From positions 17,553,912 to 17,617,911 of the forward strand of contig CM082578.2 of assembly GCA_040954595.2 (NCBI GenBank): a stretch of 64,000 bases of DNA, given 5' to 3'. This stretch comes from Balanoglossus misakiensis (taxonomy: Eukaryota; Animalia; Hemichordata). The translations under genes and the position numbers were made by a program. The notes beneath the pieces were generated by a model. The model was not told where the DNA came from. It saw nothing but the letters and a program-made list of their open reading frames with translations, and made no database searches. Shown here piece after piece: positions 1 to 15,000 of the stretch. Positions within the stretch are counted from its first letter, which is position 1, and each line of letters opens with the position of its first letter.

Positions 1-3000
1 ACATTGTTGAATAATTCCCTTGTCTCTTGCAGTTCTCGACTGATGTCCACATTGTCGTGCATGCCAAAGACTTCTGGTTTCTGCATGAGGGGCATGGCCT
101 GTCAAAACAAAATAAATAATGTTCCAGAAATATTGGTTGCAAGTTGTGCATAGAGCTCTCTGTGATTACTAATGGTCTATTGTGTGGATTGCAGATTAAA
201 AAGTTTTGGTTGATTTTATTCTGGGTCAGTCAGTCCTAGAGGACATCTTGTTTGTTCCACGACTAATTGTACAGCAAAGATTCCAGGTATGTACAGGTTT
301 TGTTGGAACACCATAAAACTGCCCAGAAAATCACCAGAAAAACTTGTTGATTTTGAATTAAAATCAAACCTTTACCTTGATAAATTCTACATAATCTTCG
401 TAGGTTCCTTTGGGTGGTGCGTAATAGACACCACTTGGTGAAAACTTGTACTTGGCTTCTGAGACAATGCTGGGATTGTAGAAATCTGACAGAATGGTCA
501 GCAGGGTACGCCGATCTCTGTCGTCTGTCACACGTCCACCGTAGTTACACTCACCAGTCATGTAAGAGATGGCATCATAAGGCACCTCTTCGTAATCATT
601 GATGAACATCTGGTGGTGGAAATAAAGAGAGGCTGTCAGATGTGGAACCATGGAGTATTTTGACATTCAGATTCATTTCAAATCTCAACTTGATGACGAA
701 GATGGATGGATGATTAAGTTCTGAATTCTATATGCTGACATCAACATTACCTGCAGTTGTCTGACACTGATCCTGAGATCGGACTCGTTGAATCCATATG
801 GAATATTCCATCCCAACGGACCAAACTTCCGTCTCTCTTGCACCAGGGCATGGAAGAAACACAGACTGAACAGCAGCTTTTCCCAAGTCTGCAGTGAGAC
901 ATAAAATAAGATGGTATTACAGTTGTGTTCAGTTTCACACATTGAAACAGATTTTCCGTCAAAAAACTGCTGTGTTAACACTAATCAATATACCTGTTCT
1001 TTGCCTGGGCACGCATTAAAGAATTCTTGGTCGCTGATGGGGTCATTGTAGTAAGACTGCATCATATTTTGTCTCAGTCCTGTGGGCGGTTCATTGGTCA
1101 TCTTGACTCCATTCTGTAAGACTGTCACTGGAAACTGCAGAGAAAAATGATAGTGGCAATATTTAGCATCATATATGTTTCATCTAGTACAACATGAGAT
1201 CGGTATACACACTGTGATGAACTTACTTTATCTGATGGGTAACTGGTCAGCCAAAGTCTGAACTCAGAACTGACATTCTCCGGCGAGAAATCCTCACAAA
1301 GCTTTTCTAAAGATGGCATCCATGAAACAGCTAAGTGACAGTTCTGTAGTACAACCCAAGTTCCATCATTTCTGGCTTGGTCTATCATTTTAGCGGCGAT
1401 AGGTCCCTGTGGGTGAGGCGGGGAAAACAAGGGATTAAAGCAACTGTTTAGAGAATGTACTGGTACAGTCTGAATATTAATCTCTACAGCTTGTGGCAAA
1501 TGGTATGAATACATTGGGAATGCATGAAATGAGCTAACTCATATTTACCTGCCCTTGTCCTAAGGAGATGGCATTGAACTTGTCGCCGCTGAATCCCTGA
1601 TCACCAGCAAACTTGAGAAGACTGGCCATTGGATCAGCACCCGGGGACAGAATGAAAATCAATGGTGCACACGCATTGGAGTCGTAGTAACATTTGGAGA
1701 GGTCAAAGGGCGGTGGCTCGATGAATTTCTGACCCAGCTTTTCCTTGACAAAGTCCGTCACTGCAGGAACAATCTGTGATGGAGAAAGAAACAGTCAAGT
1801 GCAAGTTAATCAATGCAGTTAATGAAGTGGCTGGGAAATGAAATTGTATCAGCCAAGCATGACAGTGACTCTCTGAAGCACATGGCATCTTCTCATGTGA
1901 TCTGATGATGCCAAACAGACATGTCAAAACCTAACCCTACTTTCAACCCCAGCTCCCACTGTAGAGGCCCAGCTTTACCACGGAAAACAATGGATTTGGA
2001 CCAAACCATGGCATTCAAAGGGTTAGAGCAGTGGATGGGCCATCTTTACCTTGTCCGGCCTGGTGCACCGCAACACAATCATTTTCTGGAAATCAAGTAA
2101 TTTTTCATTCCATGGAGCTGGAAGCTGCTCCTTGTGTGGCTCCGTGCTGTCGTAGAATGTGTGCCACTCATCAAGATTATCCTGGAAATGGTCTCTGCAG
2201 GAAGAAGAGAAGTCATGGAAAAGTCGTAAACACCCAGACATGATTGAATCAACAATATTTGAATGTTTATGCCATTTGCCAAATCATCAGGTTGTTCTTC
2301 TGTAACAGATAAATAATAGATTAACTTAACTAAACACATAAAAATATGTTGCAATGATCAAATGGATAAAATATGTCAATGTTATGTAAATACCCTCCTC
2401 TCACCTGAATGATTTGAATGCTTTGAGGTCACCCATACGGCAAATTTCATCCCAAGACTTATCCGACAGCCAGCTGGAGTCCGGATTTTCCAGTTTGTTC
2501 TCCAATCCCACACCGCCAGTCAGGAAGAACATGAACTCAACATGTTCCATTTCCTTCTTGGCCCTGAGAAACGAATCCCCACGTGAAGCAAGTCAGTATG
2601 TGCGATGATGGGTATGCATGACATAGACATTAGTCTGCAGCACACATTGGGTGTCTTCTTTGCATGTCACCAAACAAACAGATGGAATTGGAACTGATGA
2701 AGTAGAGAAACTGGATGCATACATACATGTATGTTTTGACCAATCCCCCCCCCACCCACCCCTACCCAACACCCCTACATGGATCCAACAAAACCACTGA
2801 AAACAATGGAGTGGAACCAAACAAGAGTGGTGGTGGGGGAGGGGGCATAGGATACAGGGTTTGGTGACATGCAAAAATGATCTACCTCTAGTAAAACAAA
2901 CAGCTCAGTGTTATTAAGGTCTCAGAACTCAGCAACAAACAACATGTAATACATAATTATTATAATGACAAGAACTCCACCGTCAGCCATGCAATAACCT

Positions 3001-6000
3001 TGATTATTTACCTGCATTATTCTCCTATTAAGTACCTATATTAGTTTTAATGACTAGTAATTGTGGGTGCTTTCCCATAGTGCTAAAAAAACACTCCACC
3101 AAAATAAAAGGTGCTCATTACTTTGTTAAGTACTGCTATTGGTGTTAGCCCAGTAAAAGTTGATTTGTTAGAAAATTTACTATGTTATTTCAAAAAGCTA
3201 TTAATGAAGACGGTGCAACTGTGTGATCTATAAGCATGTAAAATCCAATAATTCAAACTGAAAAATGTGAAATGGTGCGTGAAGAAATCTTGAAAAACAG
3301 AAAGCAAGGTCTGTGCGAACAGTTCCAATGGTGATTTTTGTGTGTGTGCCAGCACCGTGCTTAGTCAATGTCTTAAAGGTGAAGTTAGTCGTCAACTACT
3401 TTTGCCATATGACTGCAAGCAAGCAAGCAAGCAAGCTGTCTGGCAAGGCATGCAGGTAAATATGCAAGCGGGTGAACCTATGCACTTACTGCGGATCAGT
3501 CTCTTGAGAAAACCTGATACAAAGAATCATCCATTCAGCGGGTCAGAAGAGGAAAGATGCAATGTTATAAAAAAAATATCAAATGCGATCTACATGACAG
3601 CAAAGGGGTTAAAGATTGGCACTAAGGCACAAGCAAGAATATTTCTAGATGATATCTCTACAGCCATGATCTGATATAGCTAGCAGGCTGAGTGTAATGA
3701 GTTGCAGTAGTCTGGCCAAGGGGATGGTTAGGGCAGTCAACCAGATGATGCTGTGTGGAGTTACGACTGCAGTTTATAGAAATGCATGATTTGATAAGGA
3801 TGTCGCGCCTGGTAATATTTAATACAGCCAGCTGTTAGAGTCTGAAATACAAATACATGCATACAGCGGCAAGAAATTGAATCTGAAAATGCATATTAAG
3901 TGATCTCCGAAAACACAGATTGGAATATAGTGCTTACAAGTTGATTACCAGTACTTCCTGTAAAATGAACTTTCGTGACAAGCTCTATTTAATATTCAGC
4001 ATGAAATTACCTATTATCATGGAAAGTGGCAATCTAGCATATCACGTATTTCACTTGAAGGGCCACCACATGGTCATTCAAAGACTCAGACACGCCCTTT
4101 TAACCATATAAGGACATATGTAAATTACAGGTGAATGTATTCCTTCATTCTATCCGTGCTGATGTCACTTCTAATATTTCTTTAATATTTGTTTATTTCA
4201 AGGTTTCTACTTACATCAAGATATTTGCACAGAGTATGAAGGAGAAGAGAAGCTTGTCCTTTTCAAACAGTGATCTACAGACATTGCAGTACAGGTTGTA
4301 GGTGAAATGATCTGACAGATACCGCAATCTTCTATCCAGGATCTTGGATTTATTACTGAAATGAACATGGAATTAAATCATTATCAGTTTTGACAGTCAT
4401 ACAATACATAAAATGTATAGGAGTCCATCAAACATAAAATGACTTTGTTGCTATAAAGAGACATTTTGGAAGTGGGGGAGGGGGTCTATGAAATGTCACC
4501 CACCTGTCGTGTATGGAACTGACAAAGAGATTGATAAACCACGTCAGTGAATACTGATACATGGGATCGATATTCGGCAAGTCTGTCAGACAGAAGAACA
4601 GCACACTGGAGTGCTTGGCGATCGGACGATATCCGGCACGAGATTCTTCCAGTTTCTTTTCCGTTTCTTCAGCTATTTTCTGTTTCTTGGAGATTTCATC
4701 TGAGAGGACTTTTGAGGAGTCCAAGATCTGGATGGCCGACTCGTCCTCCAGGATGTTACCTTCTGATGAAGACAGTGTCTCCAGGATTTTGTCTTCAATT
4801 TCTTTCAGTTGTTTCTTGTTGGCTGCGCTTTGGACGATCAGCGCGTTTCTTTCTTCTTCTAACTCAGGTCTGAAAGATTAGAGTGTATTTGCAAGATTTT
4901 TAATATTGGTATGTCTGAGAAGGTCTGCATGTGACTATACTTTGGTATATATTATCCAGGGATATGCAGTCAACAGCTGGTCACCAGCAAAAACAGCCAT
5001 TTTCTAGTCTTTTCTTGTACACTGGCAACTATTATCCTCCAAAAGAGGACACGCCCTTACATCTCTCAACACTTCATCACTTCAGTCCTTCATCAGTTTT
5101 TTTTTTTTTTTGCAATCTCCTTTTGATGTTCTCGACTTACCGTTCCTTAGCAACCACGATGCCAAGCAACTGATCTTCCAAACCTTCTGGCGTAATCATG
5201 AAATTCAGCAATGATACTTTGGTGGCCAGCTCTGGCAGATAATGTGGGTTTCGCAGTTTAGTTGTGATGTAGAATCGGAAGTCTCTCGAAAATTCAATCA
5301 CATTTTCACCAAGTCGTATACAGTCAACGCCCCCTAAAAACAACCAGATATGGAAGAATATTAAACATGGAACACAGATTTAAAAAAAATAACCACAGTG
5401 AGTTTAAATGGTTTTGATGTTTTCAATCATCAGAGCCTTTGTCGAAGAGTATATAAAACTTAAAATTACATACAAAACGAGCAGACACTCCTCAGTTTAC
5501 CCTCTCAATACGTCATCAGAATACTATCATCACTGATAAAGCTTAAGGTCCCACAGAGTGACCACCTACCTTGTTTGAATGTCTGTTTCAGCAGGAGAGG
5601 TTCAAGTGAGGGATCCAACTCTTCACCGACATTCTCCAGAAGCAGAGGGTTGCCAAAAGTGATGCAGTTCTCCAAGGTTCTCATGTAGTCCGAGTCAGTG
5701 AGTTTGATGACACTCAGGTTGCTATCCCTCTCCATGTTCTTGGTCCACTTGTTGGCTTGGCCTTGTGGATCGATCATCAGTGGCCTTCAATGGAAGAGAA
5801 TGGTGTTGAGAGAATCAGAATGAGATGAACAGATATAACGAAAACATTGGGATGAAGCAATGAATCAAAGGTGCACAAAAAGCCTTGTAAAAAAGATCAT
5901 GTGCACCCATTGCTTTCCACCCTCCCCAAAAAGACAAAACAAAACAACAACAATTTATGAAAAGACACAAGCAAGTACTCACCATCGTCTAGAGTTGGCT

Positions 6001-9000
6001 ACAATCACACCATTGTCAATAGAAAAGTTGTCTGTAGGCAGACCAGCAATGTTCCAAGCACGTATCTTGACTGGATCACCCAGAACACGACTTAGGGAGT
6101 ATTCAGCTGAACAGGGAATATCCCTTTGCTGTATGGGATGAAAAAAAAGGGTATGGTTTGAATCCAAAATGCAGCAGTACTCATGTTACCTTAGGTGTAT
6201 CAAAAGTCAAATTCAGATATCAAAACCTGAGTTTTCATTAGATCAGACACAGGATTCTGTACATGAATGCTGACTCCTGCACCAACCTTGCAAGTGTTGC
6301 TCCAATCTTCTGTACAGAAGTGTCTGTACTGTGATGTAAAGGCACCCAGATAGGCGATTACACCGGACGATATCAGGACGTCACCGATCAAGTGATCGTA
6401 GGTGTGTTGCAAGTTTTGTGCAGCCATAGTCCATCTAGAAGTGGGAAAGACATGTGTGTTGGTGAACCACAGTACTGCACATACAATTGTACAATCCATG
6501 TTCTTTGATTGTGACTCTCATCATGTCCGTGTTATTGACAAAGTCAAGTCTTACCTGCTCTTTTCACCTCCAAGACCACCAATCAACTTCTCTGCTCTCA
6601 CCAGTTTCTTTCCACAGAGGTCAACTTGAAATTCCAACTTCTCTTTCTTGTCGGTCATCTCAGCGAACTGTTTCTTCAGGGCAGCCAGTCTGTCCTGCAC
6701 GGCCTTCAACTCGGCCCTCTTAGAATTCAGAATGGCCATAGTCTTAGCCAGCTGTTCCTCAGCTCCAGCCAGCTTGGCTTTCTTGGGAGCCACCACCTTG
6801 GCCACTCGGTCGTAGACCTCCATGGCAAGCGCCCATTTGCAGAGACCTTCAGCGGCGGAAGATGCCTTAGCCGCCTTGGCCGGGTCAAAGTCAGGGTTTG
6901 GTATGTATTCCTGGCGGATCTTCTTCATAACATGAACCTGTGGAGAATTAGAATTCACGTGCATGGTCAGTTTATGATGGTCACCTGTCTGAGAGGAGCC
7001 TGCTAGTTCTGGGAATGGGCTGCACACAGAGACTTCAACCTAATTCATCACCAGTTTAACTCTTATTCACCATCTAAGACAACAGGTTGGAATATTCCAT
7101 TATAGCTACATAGGGGGAAAATCTAGAATAAGTGGGCACTTTACATATTCAACTTACAGGAATGTTGTCTTTGTCGTACACTTTTAGGTTGGCCAGGAAG
7201 CTCATGTCACCAAGCAGCTTTTTGGATGGTCCCCAATAATCCAGGATCTTGCCGCCAGTTCCAGCAGGGTCGTTGATCTTATCTGGTTTGATGTCAAGCA
7301 GTACGCAAATTGCTGCCATGACTATCTTTACACCGTTGGGTGGGCTCTTCATGGATTTGACAATGGTAATATCAGCAGGCTGAAATTATTATAGAAGAAA
7401 CAATAATTATAGGTATGAAGGAACTTTTGTTATCAAATGAATATAAATACTACAATCAGCTGAAATAAACTGTATGATTTCTGCCTTCACTTCAAAGCAA
7501 CCCTTCAAACCTCTATTAAATCCAAACCAGTGCCGCATCAAGATGACCTACCTTCAGAGTATCCAGTGCAGCCAATGCTGCTTCCAAGGCCGGAATGGCC
7601 TCAGCTAGATCACTTTCACATTCATCCTTCAAAGCCTGAGCCTCAGATGCTTGTCCATTGGCTATCTCCTCTTCTTTAGCCACTTGTTCTGAGGTTGCTG
7701 CCACTTCAATGGTCTCTTTGTCAATGACCTGAAAAACCACATCATATGCAGAGTGAAAAATCAGCTGCCAAGCTTTTTTCTTAACACAAAGCGTTCAACA
7801 GAAGGATTGAAACTATTAGTAATCTTCTTTTTGATTTCAAACAAAATTTGATGAGTCTCTGGTTTCAGTGAAATCTAAACCACCCATTAATGACAATGAG
7901 TTGCTTTGTTTTTCTGTACACAATTTATTTTCCATTAATACAGCAAAATGCACTTCGTGGAGAGCTGTTGAACAAAAACTACACACCCAGTACTTTGTCA
8001 TATTTGCTCAGTTGCAAGGAAACATTTCAACACAGAGAGTTTTTAGCGCACACATATAAACCATTGATCTTGAGTCTCTGTATCAGAGCCCCTTGCACTC
8101 ACCTTCATCATGCGTTCATTCTCTGCAGCTGTCTCCACCAACTGGGGTTGTAGGTCTTGTAGTTCCTTCTGCATGGATTCTACCTGGGAGCCGGCAAATG
8201 CCAGTTTCTCCAGACCGACTTCGTATCTCCTCTTGGCCTTCATGGTCTCGTCTCTCTTCTGTGACAGCAGGGTCTTGAACGACGCAATCAACTCCAAGTA
8301 GCTGGTAGGGGTCACATAGTTGTGTCGCCCAAGTTCTTCCAAGTATCTGGTTGGTGGAAGGAAACACATTGAATGTCATATTGTGAAGATGAAATTAGGA
8401 TTCATGTTAATAACTGGATGATCTGTTCTCTTTGAACACTGGTTTGGGAGAAAGGTACCATAGTATTGTTGCCACTTTGCCAATTATTTTCCTACATGCA
8501 ACAGCCAGAGAGTCAAACATTATCTCTTGATTCATGAATCCAGAAACCACCACTTCATAAGCTTAGACATTTTTTCTCTCTCCAAAACTCACTTTGTGGA
8601 GAGTTCCCTGGCACTGGTGTGGAAGTGTTTGCAAATCTGTACCACTTCGTGTCTCTCATTGTCCTCCATCTCAACAGTTTCCAAGAATTTGTTTGCAACT
8701 CTGGTCAGGGCATCTTCCGGCCAAGCCTATACATCAACATGAAATAAATGTAATGTGTAATGTTTATCATAACACTGGTTACATTGAGATTGAACATTTG
8801 AACAGGGTGTGGCTATGTCTCATCTTGGAAATATATAAACAGTGAATAGAACACAGTATTGCCATGCATTGATAAAGTATCTTCTAAATTACCCAGTTGA
8901 TAATAACTAAAGACAGCAGATTAGGAAGAGTATATTTATGTCTTCCTCATGTAAACTGTAGTTAATACACCCTGTTCTGTGTAAAAGTGACCAGATCAGA

Positions 9001-12000
9001 CTACTGCAACATACCTGGAACCAATCAATCGTACAACAGTTGATCAGAGATGGGAACTGTCGCAATCTGTTTCGGAAAGCGTCACCGATCGGCGAGAATG
9101 CAATCACGATGTGTAGCAGCTCCTTGCAGCGCTTGACAAAGAAATTGAACATGGCCAACGGGCTGAAGTCGGCATTTTTGTCTCCGGCCGCCATGACAGG
9201 ACGCACAGCTTCCATGATCTCCTGTTTCTCGTCCACGGCGTAGAGGTTGGGTACCTCTCCAGTGTTGAGTAAATTGTCAATGTCTTCCAAGAAGGATTCC
9301 TCCTTGATTTGAGTGTCCGAGATCAGAAATACAGTGGGTTTACCCAGGGCACCAGCAGTCTTCAAAACAGCCTATGCATAATAAAGAAAACAACCGAATG
9401 ATATTAAATAATGGAATGTTGAGGAGGGGACTTAGAATTGGCAATAATCTTGCAATTAATATTGATAGCAATGTGTTCATGGAGGTGAGACAGGTCATAT
9501 GAAATGAAATTACCCTGATTTTTGCTGATGGATTTTTACCAGCAGGAATACATCTACTGAGAAACTGGAATAGCTAGGAAGTGTAGTCTTGATGAATTAT
9601 TCAATGTGGTCAAACTAATTGACACCAATCTTACCTTGAGATCTTCTCTCCACTCCACATGACCATAGGTCTTGGAGATCTCAGGTTGGAATATGTTGTA
9701 TTCAGCCATAGCCGTGGCCAGCCTGGTGAGTGATTGACGACCACTGCCACCAACACCGACCAGCAAGGCATTGCCACCAGGCTGCTTGATAACACGACTG
9801 ATACGCGACAGATGCTCCAGAACGTATCTGTGGGAGTACAACACCAGATGTCAGAAAAACCAAAGCTCAGCTGTTACCAATTTTCAAAATGGGATGTACC
9901 AGTATCTGGTAAATTCTGATGGATGTACTTGAACACTGAAAATACTGGAGGTGCCTTGTCTTGGTTAATTTACCTGAAGATGACTAAATTCATGGCTGTT
10001 TTGTGCGTCTGGTTGTATTCATCCAACTGGGTCTCCACCACGTGGTAGAAATCGTCAATGGACTTGACCTCCTCGTAGACTCTCTCCTCAGCTTCAGCGT
10101 CGGGTCGCATGTAATCACCAAACATCAAACTTCTCATGTCATCCTCCTTGACCAGGGCACCGTCCACAGTCAGGTGATCAAAGACAGTATCAAAGTTGTC
10201 CTTGAACAGCTCCTTGACGAGCTCCTTACACAGGCTGCAAGAGTCATCGGGTTGGAGGAATCAGAATGAATAAAATGATGACTACACTCTTCACGCTCGC
10301 TACACTGATTTTTGTCAGTTTGTGTACACAGAGATTCTTTGTATGCTTGATAGAATTCCAATTTTCAACGTACATGAATCATTCATATGCCTTATTTTAT
10401 TTAACTGGGGAATTAACATACAATGGTGAACACTAAATTATAGACTTACTTGAATAACCAGTTTCTGTCAACATCATCAATCAGACGATCATAGAATACA
10501 CGGAAGACTTCGTGTACCCACAACCTGGAAAACAGAAACACAGAATATTGAAAACAAAATTTACTTGTCATGAACGTTTTAAAATGTAGTGTTTTTGTGA
10601 ATGTAACTTAACAGAAAAGAACAATCACTTTATCAACCAACCATATATTGGATGAAAAAGAATATTTTGTGGAAAAAAATAAGTTGCATTGCAACCTACC
10701 TAGTGAATGTTCGTTTGTTTTCCACCACAGATTTCTTGACCATCAGCACACCATTGATAACACGGGAGAAATCTCTCAAGTTGAACACATAGTGAGACTT
10801 GGCTGGTGTGGGCAACAGGTTGTCCATGGCCTGCTTGTAGACTTGCATTGTGGCTTGTACTATGACGTTACCAGCCGTGTAGAAATCAGTAGGGAATTCA
10901 TTGGTCTGTAGAAGTAGTACAGCGAAATATATCATGTTATTTATTAAAATTAATTATTCCAATCTTTTGTTGAGAGACACAATACATCTATATCACTTCA
11001 AAATCTTCTGTGTGAAGAGTGTGTCTCAGATCACTCACCCTGAGATAGAAGCTGACAATGCTTGAGAAAATCTTCTGCATGGACTCATCACTGAAGGTGG
11101 TCTGTGAGATGACATTGAAATGACGGATGAAACGCGGAGTGACTGGATTTCTGCCACCACCAGGTGGACCCATGGCGGCCAAGAACTGAATGTCCACAAG
11201 TGTTATCTTGGAGGTGTCTTTCTTGTCAAACCTGAAAATAGAAAACAACACAGAATTCTTAAATATATTGAAAAAAACAATCTGTGATCACCTTTTCTTG
11301 ACAAATGTATCAAAGTTATCAGCAGTCACTGAGACCGTACTTTGAAAGATTAGAAAGGGATCAACGATGACAACCACTGTATTTCATGAACGCCAAGTAA
11401 CACTGTGTATCACATATTCAGGCTGTTATTATAGTGCACATAAAAAGGTACCTACCAGTTTTTGTGATCAAAGAATTGTCTCAACAGTTCAATGGGTGGC
11501 TGGGCTCCATACACCTCTCTGGCCGGCATATTCATGTCATCAACAAATATGAGACACTTCTTCCCCATGGGTGGTCCGTACATACCTTTGCGTCTCTTGT
11601 CCAGTTTGGACATGATGATGTCCTACGCAGATTAAAAAAAACAACAAAAAACACTGTTTTAGTCTCCTTTGGACATACATACTTCACTTGACTTACGAAC
11701 TGGACCAGAAAGTTTACAAATAGCTATTCCTTGTGTGTGTGTTCAACTTTGCTTTGGTATAAGTTTTGCAGTGACTCGGAAATGATTCTGGTGTTTTCAT
11801 CAATGATGGGTTTAAACAACTTTTGAGACATTCTTCTCACCTGTGTCTGGTTAGCACTGGTCTGAGCTGAGAAATTGACAAACAATGGCAAGTACTCATC
11901 CTTGGAGAGATCATTCATTAATTTGTCTTTCACGTAGACACTCTTGCCGGTACCAGTTGGTCCAACAAAGAGAACAGCCCTGTAGAAAGAAAGTGGTTGG

Positions 12001-15000
12001 TGTTATGTGCAACAATATTGGTGATGATAATAGTCATTTGAATGTCACCAATCATGAGAGCATTATCACAAATCAATCATATCTACACCTATGTTCTCTA
12101 TCACCCAATGACCTACAATGATCCAATGAAAATATCATATCAAATTGTGATGATGATGGATGGATTGACATTGGTGTACATGTATTTGTACATGCAAGGA
12201 GTCTGAATGATCACACTCTCACCTTTGGTGTTTGATCATCAAATCCATGAGATATGTGTATCTTGCAGTGTCAACAGTGGGTACTATGATATCTTGGGGT
12301 TTCATTCCGGGACCACCGATCTCCTTGTTCCGGATGGTTTCGTTCCAGTGGACCCATCGCCCGCGAGCCTTGAACTGGAATTGAAATGAGTTTTTTTTTT
12401 TAAATCATGATCATCACACACACAAAATTGCACACACAGTTGCTTGGATGCTGCATCGTAAGTTTGATTGGATTTCTCACTTGATTTGTGAAACCCAGGG
12501 ACTTCTTTTACAAAACAAGACAAGCACCAAATAAAAAAGCTCTCAAGTTTTCTGGTTTTGTTTCGTGAAACATCCGTACCTCAAACATGTAGTCATATAC
12601 TGTGCCTTCTGGAGGCATTGGCACCTCGATCTTGCCGACCTCACTTGGAATTGGAGGCAAGTCTTCAGCTTTGCCGGTCAACATCTCGCGGAAGTGATGG
12701 TCAAACTTCACCTGTCCATCGTTGTCTGTGCTTGCGCCAATTGACCACGTCAGGGAAAAGAAGAATGTCGACTGCAATACAAATAAATGAAAAGAAATGA
12801 AGTTGAGTGGTGATTGTGATCAGCTGGTGTAAAAAGTTAGGATGGATGAGTCATCTCAAATGCCATTCCTGTTTAGTTTCCTTTCTCATTCAGCTCTGCC
12901 TCGACTGTTATGTAGAGAAATACAAAACACAAAAAAATTTAAATAAAAATGACGAAAAATGACAAGGTCAAGTTTAAATTTGCAAAGAAATGATGCATAA
13001 CTTACGAGAATCCAGATTTTCATATATTTGGGATCAATCTCTCCAGCTTTGTGTTCCTCAAGAAGCATTTCAATCATATACATCAAAGATTTGACCAAAT
13101 TACTCGAGCTGGAAGGTACATATTCCTGTAGGATGATAAAAAAAATGTGTTGAGAAAATATTAAAATGTCCATGATTGGGGAAACAAAGTCACAATTCTT
13201 GGGTGGAAACAACATGGCCTAAAACTGTGTGACAGTCTCGATGAGAACATACTATGTCTTTTTTTACCTTGCAGTTTCTATGATGGAAGTCGAGCAGTGG
13301 AGCCACCAGCCATCCGAAGAGTGCCCTCAGCAGTGCCTCTTCTTTCCTCATATACTCAGGAATTTCATTGTACCACGATTCAACAAGTGGCTCCCATCCC
13401 AGCTGACCCGGTTCCAAGTAGATCATACCGCAGCGACTGACTGTCGCGGGCTGTGCAGGGGGGGGGGGGGGGGGGGGGGGAGAAGAAGATTGATAAGTTG
13501 ACTTCTTTAGTGGAATTAGGACTTTACACTGGAAAACCTTGGCCAAAGTTACATTGAGCAACATTTTATTTATCATACATAAGCATGTAAAGGCACAACA
13601 TCGGCATATACATAAGTAAACATTTATGATGGGTTGTTGGGTTGAGGGGGTTTGGAGGTAAAAGAGAAATTTGGCCAGTATGTGATTCCATCAATGCAAT
13701 GTGCAGACTTACCGAGGCCTGTGACAGATCCATAGTTTCAAAGATGAGACTCATGGAGTTGGACATCTGAATGATTTCACCGCTCATCAGACACAGCTTC
13801 TTGTTGTCGTCCAGCACAGTGTTCATACTTTCGATCCACAGAGTGTCGATGGGACCGTCAAACACCACCCATTTGCGGTCTGGGTTCTCGGCCGAGGCAA
13901 ACTCACGGAATGTGTTGGCCACCACACCATCAGTCCACTGTAACAGCACAATGTTTGGTTTTAGTGACAGTTTTATATGTTTGTAAAGACCAAGTTTTAC
14001 TGTGAAAATACATCGTTAAAACTCCATGTGTGGGGCGTAGGGAGTTGTCAAGTGAAGGGGTAGGGGTGAAATCCATCGCTTGAGGAACTTAACAGAGAAT
14101 GCCTCAAGCGACGAACTATCCAGTCCAGGTACAGGTTGGGGGGACATAATCTTCACATTTTATAACAGTACACTCAGGGTATATCAAAGCAAACTTCAGG
14201 CTTCTTTAAACTCCAATCATACACTGGAATTCATGCAATTTCAGTGCATTTTTTTATTGGCAGAGTAGGAGTGATGTGCATGTAATTTCCATTGCAAAAA
14301 CGAAGGAACACTCGGAGAAAGGGATTTAAATTACACAGTTCTTGACATCCATGCTGACATTACTGGTAAATCATAAAATCCCGCAAATCTCACCGTACGA
14401 GAGCCTGGTTCGAGAGTTGACATGATCTTCCATTTGGAAATTTGTGTTTAGATTGAGAGTAGATTATTAGCATAATGATTATGATACCACAGATGAACTC
14501 AAGGCACTAGCGTCTGTACTTATCAGCTTAGAAACCTGATGTTTTTTCTGCTGTACTTTGATATGTGAGTAAATCGTGACCACCGTCATGTTACTTGAAT
14601 ACTTTATAATACACTAAGATATGACATATGAGGCGACATTGAAAAACACAAAGGATGAAGACTACACACTCATGGTAGTGAAATGAACATCATCTCTGAA
14701 AGTTAAAAAAATATCAGTATCTTTTCAAAAGTCACAATGAAGCTGTCACTTAAATATCCCACTGCAGACATCTACGCTCGATACGAGAGACACTCTGTAA
14801 CCCTTTCTGTTGACTCACCTCGTGAGAGACAGGATCAAACTGGCCAAAGAGCTGACCCATGGTGACGGCTTTAGGATTGATGGTTCGGTAGATCACTTTC
14901 TCTTCCTCGTTGAGTTCCCTCTCGTTCAGAAGCGTCAACGCGTCTGCCAACACGTGTAATACCGACGTCTTGCCAGAGAATGGCTCACCCACCAACATGA

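Noticed and set aside
3011-3034. Another 24-nt AG...GT segment on the minus strand in the long intron
   Set aside because: It contains an in-frame TAA in the required phase and has a poor polypyrimidine tract.
3342-3674. 110-aa plus-strand ORF in the long dynein intron, as a possible nested gene
   Set aside because: GTG start, no recognisable domain and no supporting exon chain.
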